The notes under the pieces were generated by a model. The model did not search any database, was not told the DNA's origin, and worked only from the letters and a program-made list of their open reading frames with translations. Of a DNA stretch of 64,000 nt, positions 55,990 through 64,000 are shown piece after piece. The position numbers were made by a program, and so were the translations under genes. The stretch is from Eledone cirrhosa (taxonomy: Eukaryota), in contig OZ024748.1 in the NCBI GenBank assembly GCA_964016885.1, forward strand, positions 52,390,001 through 52,454,000, read 5' to 3'. Numbering within the stretch: position 1 is the stretch's first letter; every line of letters begins with the position of its first letter.

Positions 55990-58400
55990 GACATGTTTAA
56001 ACATTATTTTCTCTAATAATCTTATCTATAGTAGTAAGAATTATAGATACATCCTCCATTAACTTGGTGGTTAAGTCTAGTCTCTTCAGCTATCATTAAA
56101 CCAATGTTACACAGTTGAGCAAGCCTATTTTCTTCAGCTATAATTGATACAACATTACACAGTTGAGCAAGTCTAGTCTCTTCAACTATCATTGAACCAA
56201 TGCTACACAGTTGAGCAAGTCTAGTCTATTCAGCTATGATTGAAACTTTCTTCACCTATCATTGAAACAGTGTTACACGGTTGATCAAATCTAGTCTCTT
56301 CACCTATCTTTGAAACATTACACAGTTATGCAATTCTAGTCTCTTCAGCTATCATTGAAACATTACACAGTTATGCAATTCTAGTCTCTTCAGCTATCAT
56401 TGAAACATTACACAGTTGAGCAAGTCTAGTCTCTTCACCTATCATTGAGACATTACACAGTTAAGCAATTCTAGTCTCTTCAGTTATCATTGATGCAACA
56501 TTACACAGTTGAGCAAGTCTAGTCTCTTCAGCTATCATTAAACAAATGTTACACAGTTGAGCAAGTCTAGTCTCTTCAACTATCATTGAACAAATGTTAC
56601 ACAGTTGAGTAAGTCTAGTCTCTTCAGCTATCATTAAACAAATGTTACACAGTTGAGCAAGTCTAGTCTCTTCAGCTATCATTGAACAAATGTTACACAG
56701 TTGAGAAAGTCTAGTCTCTTCAGCTATCATTGAACAAATGTTACACAGTTGAGCAAGTCTAGTCTCTTCAGTTATCATTGAACAAATGTTACACGGTTGA
56801 GTAAGTCTAGTCTCTTCAGCTATCATTGAACAAATGTTACACGGTTGAGCAAGTCTAGTCTCTTCAGCTATCAGTAAACAAATGTTACACAGTTGAGTAA
56901 GTCTAGTCTCTTCAGCTATCATTGAACAAATGTTACACGGTTGAGCAAGTCTAGTCTCTTCAGCTATCATTGAACAAATGTTACACAGTTGAGTAAGTCT
57001 AGTCTCTTCAGCTATCATTAAACAAATGTTACACAGTTGAGCAAGTCTAGTCTCTTCAGATATCATTGAACAAATGTTACACAGTTGAGCAAGTCTAGTC
57101 TCTTCAGTTATCATAAAAAAAATGTTACACAGTTGAGCAAGTCTAGTCGCTTCACCTATCATTGAGACATTACACAGTTGAGTAAGTCTAGTCTCTTCAG
57201 TTATCATTAAACAAATGTTACACGGTTGAGTAAGTCTAGTCTCTTCAGCTATCATTAAACAAATGTACACAGTTGAGCAAGTCTAATCTCTTCAGCTATC
57301 ATTAAACAAATTGTTTTCCATTGCCATCTAGTGAGTGCACACTGGGATGTGATGATAAATTTAACCATCTATTCTCAAATATGGCTCAACTGTTTGAGAC
57401 CCCCTCTTCCATTGAATTGGTGTGTTGTAAAATCTAATGTTCTTAAAATTTGAAAATTGAGGATGACCTGGCTAACTTCTCTTCTTCTTGCATATAAGTT
57501 GGTCTCAGGGTTCTGATATTCACCTGATCAAGGTCAGAGATCAGCAATCAGTTTCCAGGACCCACCTCAAGGAGGTTGACAAACTTGGCTAACTCATAAT
57601 ATCTTTTAGGCATTCCAGAAATTATCAACATAGAGGAATTTGAACTTTATCGCTACAGCAACAGATATTGAACAAGCCATCACTGGCTTTCTCAACAAGA
57701 AAGTGTTTTGCACTCCCAGAAGTGATATATTCTATTAAATTCTCTATAGGATTAATGTTCAGTATTTGTTTCAGAAAATGTCAAATTATTTATGTATTAC
57801 ATCCTGTCCTATTGTTCTTTCCTCATGTTCTCAGGATTATAATATCTCTTGATATTTCTATTGCCTTCTGTTTCATTTTATAATCTCTCAGAAACTCTTT
57901 GTTTCATTGGTTTATCATGCAGCTCATTGTCTCATTTCATTTATCCTTTTTTCTCATCCTTTTTCAAATCTTGCCTCAATTTTGTTTTTACTTTTCTTCT
58001 GCCCTAAGGTACAGTTTGTACTCTAATTGTTGCCATGCATCTTTCTTGAGTTCCAATTACCTCCTTTTTGAAAGCTTTCTTTATTAATAGTTGTCTTTAT
58101 TCTTCTCACATGTATTTCCTTATTTTGCTATCATCTTATCTGAGCTTCCTTAGGTGTCTATTGAGATCATCGGAGATAATGAATTTTACTATCTTGTACT
58201 TGTCTTTCTCCAGTTGTTTCTGCAATCTGGCATGCTGGTTGTGTAGCATCTCATGTACTCTGCTATTGCTGTTTGTTGTCTATCTAAATCTGATCTGCTT
58301 CTCTCAGCTGTTTGCTTATGGCTGAAAATGTTAATAAATTTTATTTCTATGCATTTATTTTTTTTGTCATTGTTTTCTTTATCATTTGTTCCATGTTGTT
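55990..58400 (-). mobile_element. Heavily decayed LINE relic, possibly R4/Dong RT region, containing the 48-bp minisatellite
   Basis: On -: ENNL..IAEE before the array and NGGC...LLTIDKII after it resemble the R4-type N.L..EEQKG...GC...L.ID..I segment; outer limits uncertain. Confidence 0.45.
56075..57310. repeat. 48-bp minisatellite, about 26 copies
   Basis: Unit AGTCTAGTCTCTTCAGCTATCATTGAACAAATGTTACACAGTTGAGCA; gives the 16-aa repeat ORF at 56461-57270. Confidence 0.95.
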
Positions 58401-59411
58401 AATGACATAATCTACTGTTTTGCTCCATCAATACTTTTTTTTAGATGTTTATGGTTTGTGATCTCAAGACATTAACAAAGCTAGAGACAATTTCTTCTGA
58501 TGTTCCACAGTGTAAAACAAATGAATTTCTTCAGAGCTTCATGTCATTGTATTGTTTATGAAGTATGTGTAATATTGGTTTCTGATTTAGGCACAAGGTC
58601 AACAATTCTGGGCAAGGAAAGTCGATTAATTCAATTAAATCAAAAGGAAAGTCGATTAAATCAATTCCAGTGCATTACTGGTACTTTATGTTATTGGACC
58701 CATGATGGCATAGGGTTACGCCCCTTTATGATCTGAGTTCAAATCCTACTTCGGTAGGATTTGAACTCAGATCTGGTACTTTATTTTATTGGACCCATTT
58801 ATAGCATAGGGTTACGCCCCTTTATGATCTGAGTTCAAATCCTACCTCGGATAAAGTATGTTGTCTGATGCTCCACCAATACTGCCAAATATTACCATGT
58901 ATTCAGCTATAAACCAACTCCTTAGCCTTTATAAACACACACATATATCCATACATAGATATATATTCACCATTTGTTTTCATTGTTCAACATATACATA
59001 TGACTCTGTAGTTCATTTGAGTGCTCAAAAAAGCCAATATGATGAAAGCTTACTACAAAAACAAGAACTCTCATCACCTAATGTTGGAATAGTTATTTTT
59101 TACTATGGAGTTCTAACAGTGTTATTGACCCTACCATAAATAGATAGACATCAGTATATTAAGGTTCTCAATGCATTAGTAGACAAAGAACTTATTCATA
59201 ATATAAAATGACTTCTACAGGACTAGAACTGTTTCATTCATAAAAAAATCATCAGCTCTAGTGTTGCAGAAATTATTTATATATATGAATATACAAGACA
59301 AGGTCAACCGATCTGGCACTGCCCGCAACAGGACAACCCGTCTAACCCATGCTAACGTGGAAGAATGGACATAAAACGGGGATGATCATGATGATATATA
59401 TATATATATAT

Positions 59412-59512
59412 AAGGGATGTGGCAAAAAAATGTATACACACTTTGATTACCTGTATAGGCAATATTTATTAGCATGCCATTGAAGTGTACATATACCTTT
59501 TGGGGACACCAT
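59412..59512. mobile_element. Small Tc1/mariner-like MITE, about 100 bp
   Basis: Imperfect TIRs GGGATGTGGCAAAAAAATGTATACAC / GTGTACATATACCTTTTTGGGGACACC in a TA context. Confidence 0.45.
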
Positions 59513-59520
59513 ATATATAT

Positions 59521-59854
59521 ATCATCATCATCATTTTACATCCACTTTTCCCTGCTTGCAAGGGTGGGACGAGAACTGATTCTGGCTTGATTTCTACAGC
59601 TGGATGCCCTTCCTAACACCAACATCATTTACAGTGAGTGCTGGGTGCTTTTTTGCCGTGGCACCTCCACGACCACTTTGCTGTGGAATGATATGGACCC
59701 CAGTCCCTATCATCTCATTTCTACAGCTGAGTAAACTGGAGCAATGTGAAATAAAGTGTCTTGCTCAAGGAAACAACACATCATCCGGTCTGAGAATTGA
59801 ACTCACAACCTTCCGATTGCAAGGCCAATGCTCTAACCACTAAGCCATGTGCCT
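59521..59854 (-). mobile_element. Full-length tRNA-derived SINE (family A)
   Basis: Near-identical to 50597-50939. Confidence 0.85.
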
Positions 59855-60289
59855 ATATATATAATCTACATGCATGCAGACAGGCACAGACACAAACAAT
59901 GATGATGATGATTTGCATGAATATACACTTGTGTATAATCATTTTGTGCAATGAAATCTGAGAGCGAGAAAGAGAGAGAGAGGTGGAGAGAGAGGGAGAG
60001 GTGGAGAGAGAGAGATCTCTTGAGTACACTATGCACTCACTTTTCTTTAGTATTAAGATGGATAGAAAAACATTATTTCAGATTTATTATGATTACTGTA
60101 GAAAATTCATTGAAAAAGTTCCCACATCCTAAATTACATTGGAAAGTGACCTTTGAACTTTATCAGCGTCGACCATAAAATGCACCTGCTGTAGCTATTA
60201 TACTACCAAAGATATTGATATATTCTAAGTTATAACCCTTTTCCTACCAACTCACCCTAAAGCAGTTCTGATTCTATGAAACAAAATCC

Positions 60290-61040
60290 ACCTCATGTTA
60301 AAATGTTCCTACTTCAAGCAAAATTCTACAACATAACTTTATATAAGAAAATTATATGCTAAAATACTATATTAGTAATGAAATATTTTTAGTAAATCCC
60401 TCAAAATTCTTCATTTATTAATTTAAATACTCATTTTATAAGGTCCCTATTTGAAGTTAAATCTTACAACTATATATAACAGTATGCTAAAATACTATAT
60501 TAGTAATGAAATGATTTTAGTAAATCACTTGAAAATGTTCATTAATTAATTGAATTGAAATAGAAACAAATGCCCTTCATTTTAAAAGGTTCCTATTTAA
60601 ATCAAAATCTTACAACATAATTCTATACAAGGTTCAGCTGAAAAATGTATAGGCTATGAAGGAGTGATGCTAGAGCTCTGAAATCTTGCATGCATTAATT
60701 TAAACTCTTCTTCTTAATAACTGCATTGTTTTTGTCCAGGGACTATGTTTAAAAATAAATCTCATTTGGTCATTCCATGAGAGTATCTTGGTCAGCCTTT
60801 GAACTTTTCAGCCAGCCCTTGTATAAGAACTGTGTGCTAACATGCTATCTTAGTAATGAAATGGTTTAGTAAATTCCTCAAAGTTCCTCATTAATTAATC
60901 GAAATAGATACAAAATTCATTCATATTAAAGGGTTCCTATTCAAATCAATATCTTACAACATAACTTTATATAAGAACTGTATGCTGAGACACTATCTTA
61001 GCAATAAAATGTTTTGAGTAAATTCCTCATTAATTGAAAG
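60290..61040. repeat. Degenerate tandem repeat of about 130 bp
   Basis: Recurring TTCCTATT...CAAAATCTTACAACATAACTTTATATAAGAA...ATGCTAAAATACTATATTAGTAATGAAAT. Confidence 0.7.
60628..60821. mobile_element. Mariner-like MITE inserted at TA inside the degenerate tandem repeat
   Basis: TA-CAAGGTTCAGCTGAAAA ... TTTTCAGCCAGCCCTTG-TA imperfect TIRs. Confidence 0.7.
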
Positions 61041-61411
61041 AGATTGTACTTTATTCCAAGTATGGTCATGAAAGAGTTAGTGAAATCTATCTTAATTTCT
61101 CTGAGAGGCAGTTACATAAAATGGCTTACAGACTTTGTTTTTTATTAATTCAAATAGAACACATGTTAAAATGGTGAAATACTATAATGCTACATGTTGA
61201 ATGAAACATACTTAAGTCCAGACATTAGTATATACCATATTTACTCGAATATAAGTTGATATGAATATCTGCTGACCCCACTAATTTATGTCTGAGATGG
61301 GCAAAAATCCAAACCTTTATTTATGTAGAATTTGAAGTTGATAGTATATTTGAAGTTGATTAGTATATATATAGAATGTGCAAATATCACTGTCATTCTT
61401 AACCATCGTAA

Positions 61412-61602
61412 AATAATTGTTTCTACTTTTGGCACAAGGCCAGCAATTATCCCAGTGTATTACTGGTACTTTATTTTATCGACCCCGTAAAGAGGAAAGG
61501 CAAAGTTAACCTCGGCAGGATTTGAACTCAGAACATAAAGGGATGTAACTCTATGCTAGAAAGCATGGTGTCTGACCCTCTACCAATACTGCCTATCCAC
61601 TG
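61412..61602 (-). mobile_element. SINE family B
   Basis: Matches 28993-29185. Confidence 0.8.
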
Positions 61603-61604
61603 TA

Positions 61605-61776
61605 AAATAATGCAAATTGAGATGGTATGGGCATGAGGCAAGAACTTCAGGGCTTGCCAAGACTGCCCTGCAGGGAACAGTACAAGGAGGGAGAAAGAGA
61701 GGCGAGAGTAATGGAAAGAGCTGGTTGCCAGGTCATCTGTGGTGCCCCAGACTATGGGACAGATGAGATGAGAGAG
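61605..61776 (+). mobile_element. RTE LINE 3' end
   Basis: LRWYGHEARTSGLAKTALQGTVQGGRKRG...WKELVARSSVVPQ plus (GATGA)n tail. Confidence 0.7.
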
Positions 61777-62199
61777 AAACATACTTAAGTCCAGACAAAA
61801 TGGAATCAGTGTTCTATGTAGAGGAAAATAATATCTGGTTATTTAGTTTGTCAGCCTTTCGATGTTCTGAGTTTTATCTTGGTACAAAAATAATTCTAAA
61901 CTTTCAAACTCAATTCAATTTAATCCAGGGCCTTCTCATTCCTAATGGAGGAACTATTCCCTGGTTGATTTTCACTGCTTTCTGTTTGGTTTTGGTTATG
62001 TCAAGTGTGTAGCCATACACACCACGCTTGCAAATTACAGGTTGGTGAGGTGTTTAATTCATAGTTGGGGTAGATGGTCATTGACTCTGAGGAGTTCATT
62101 CACCCTTTAACAGCTCTTGATCACTGTGCTGCTGGGGTTCCACTTACTCTCCTCGCCAGACCAGGTTCTAGTTGGGGAGCCAGTATAGTTGCTAACAAA

Positions 62200-63650
62200 T
62201 TCAAAGATACACAAAGAAAAGTCTGCAACATTTCAAAAGTTGGAAGAAAAGCTAATCAAGTTGGTGGCGAAACAAAGAATGGCTGGCATTGGTCTCGATA
62301 AAGTGAACATATTTCTGAAGGCGATGAATATCACAAAAGAGATGAGAACAACAATGTCTCACAATTTCAAAACCAGCATTGGGTGTGGTGTGGTGTGGTG
62401 TGGTGAGATGGGGTGAGGGCAGGTTGCATCATTATTTTATGGAAAAACATAAATCATTACTTCAACACCAAACTCACATCACACAAAAACTACCAGCATA
62501 TTTTGAAGACAATTTACAGGAATTTCAGTATTTCATAATTAGATGCCGAAACAGACACAGCTACTAGAGATCAAATATACCCAGGTAGTCTTTTGAAATA
62601 ACCATAGTTATTGGAGATCAAATATACCCAGGTAGTCTGCTGAAATAACCACAGCTACTAGAGATCAAATCTACCCAGGTAGCCTGCTTAAATAACCAGT
62701 TATTGGAGATCAAATCTACCCAGGTAGCCTGCTTAAATAACCACAGTTACTGGAGATCAAATATACCCAGGTAGCCTGCTTAAATAACCACAGCTACTAG
62801 AGATCATATATACCCAAGTAGTCTAATGAAATAACTACAGTTACTAGAGATCATATATACCCAGGTAGTCTAATGAAATAACCACAGTTACTAGAGATCA
62901 AATATACCCAGGTAGTCTAATAAAATAACCACAGTTACTAGAGATCATATATACCCAGGTAGTCTAATAAAATAACCACAGTTATTAGAGATCATATATA
63001 CCCAGGTAGTCTAATAAAATAACCACAGTTACTAGAGATCATATATACCCAGGTAGTCTAATAAAATAACCACAGTTACTAGAGATCATATATACCCAGG
63101 TAGTCTAATAAAATAACCACGGTTACTAGAGATCATATATACCCAGGTAGTCTAATAAAATAACCACGGTTACTAGAGATCATATATACTCAGGTAGTCT
63201 AATAAAATAACCACAGTTACTAGAGATCAAATATACCCAGGTAGCCTAATAAAATAACCACAGTTACTAGAAATCATATATACCCAGGTAGTCTGCTTAA
63301 ATAACCACAGCTACTTAGAGATCAAATCTACCCAGGTAGTCCATTCAAACAGCCACTGTTATTAGTGATCAGATACATCTAGACAGTTACTAGAGATCAA
63401 ATGGCATTTAGAGGTTGATGTCAAATGTGGTGATCAATATTGCCACCCTTTCTGCTGAAATGACCAGTCTTCTATAACCACTAGACTTCCAAATTACCAA
63501 GCTGTTCAATTTTTCACTTACTTACCGAAAGGTAGCTTAGGTTGATATAAGAGCACAAGTCCATCACTCCAACAGGCCACATTTGTTGAGCAGATCTCGC
63601 AAGCGTTCCAGAAATCTGGAAAAGCATTTTTGAAATTGTAGTGTCAAAAT
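62200..63650 (+). pseudogene. Decayed pogo/Tigger-like transposase (CENP-B HTH and DDE_1), split by a minisatellite
   Basis: FQKLEEKLIKLVAKQRMAG...FKTSIG...FMEKH...THITQKLPAYFE...FQYFII and later EMTSLL*PLDFQITKLF (compare TS.LQPLD..INKPF). Confidence 0.75.
62556..63400. repeat. 47-bp minisatellite, about 17 copies
   Basis: Unit ACCACAGTTACTAGAGATCATATATACCCAGGTAGTCTAATAAAATA; period 47 (62881 to 62928). Confidence 0.95.
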
Positions 63651-64000
63651 CTTTTTAAATATTTTACTTCACAAATAAATTGTATGGCAGTGAAGACAAC
63701 ATCATTTTAGAGGAAGAGGTTGAAGATAAATGTGAGGAAGACGATGACATCTATAAATAATATATCTCCTATACTGACAATCAAGATGATAATGTCATGT
63801 CATTTATCTTTAACACAGACAACAATGAAGCACGGTTCTTTGATTTCAATGCCCATTCATCAGTATTTGAAACATGAACTGTTAAATTTTTAAATGGGAA
63901 CTCTGTGCATGCATTGAAACTAAGTTAATATTTAAGTTTTAATTGAATTTGGCAAATGGAAAATGTGAGTAAACTGAAAATGATCAATTTGCTAAAATAT

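Noticed and set aside
56075-57310. CTGAAGA on the - strand of every 48-bp unit as a possible hammerhead array
   Set aside because: No stem II closure, GAAA or helix III
59220-59265. CTGATGA...GAAAC on the - strand
   Set aside because: No convincing stem II or helix III register

Overview
AT-rich, repeat-dense eukaryotic DNA with no confidently identifiable host gene. The mix of long (TA)n/(CA)n/(GAT)n microsatellites, tRNA-derived SINEs, RTE, R4/Dong and CRE-like LINE relics and piggyBac/mariner MITEs resembles octopus genomes (inferred from repeat style, not a database match). Nearly all long ORFs in the track are microsatellite artefacts. The standout is 18181-20389: about 3.7 apparently identical copies of a 591-bp non-coding unit inserted in a (TA)n tract. 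It carries four type I hammerhead ribozymes with a compensatory U3-A8 core and a palindromic helix III. One part is inverted, with junctions that fit twin-primed reverse transcription of a circular or multimeric RNA, i.e. a retrozyme or Penelope-dependent circular-RNA element. Two more unrelated hammerhead families sit next to TA tracts (inverted pair at 28426-28866; single motif at 51382-51434). Three minisatellites appear to have arisen inside decayed transposon ORFs. All coordinates and folds were read by eye.
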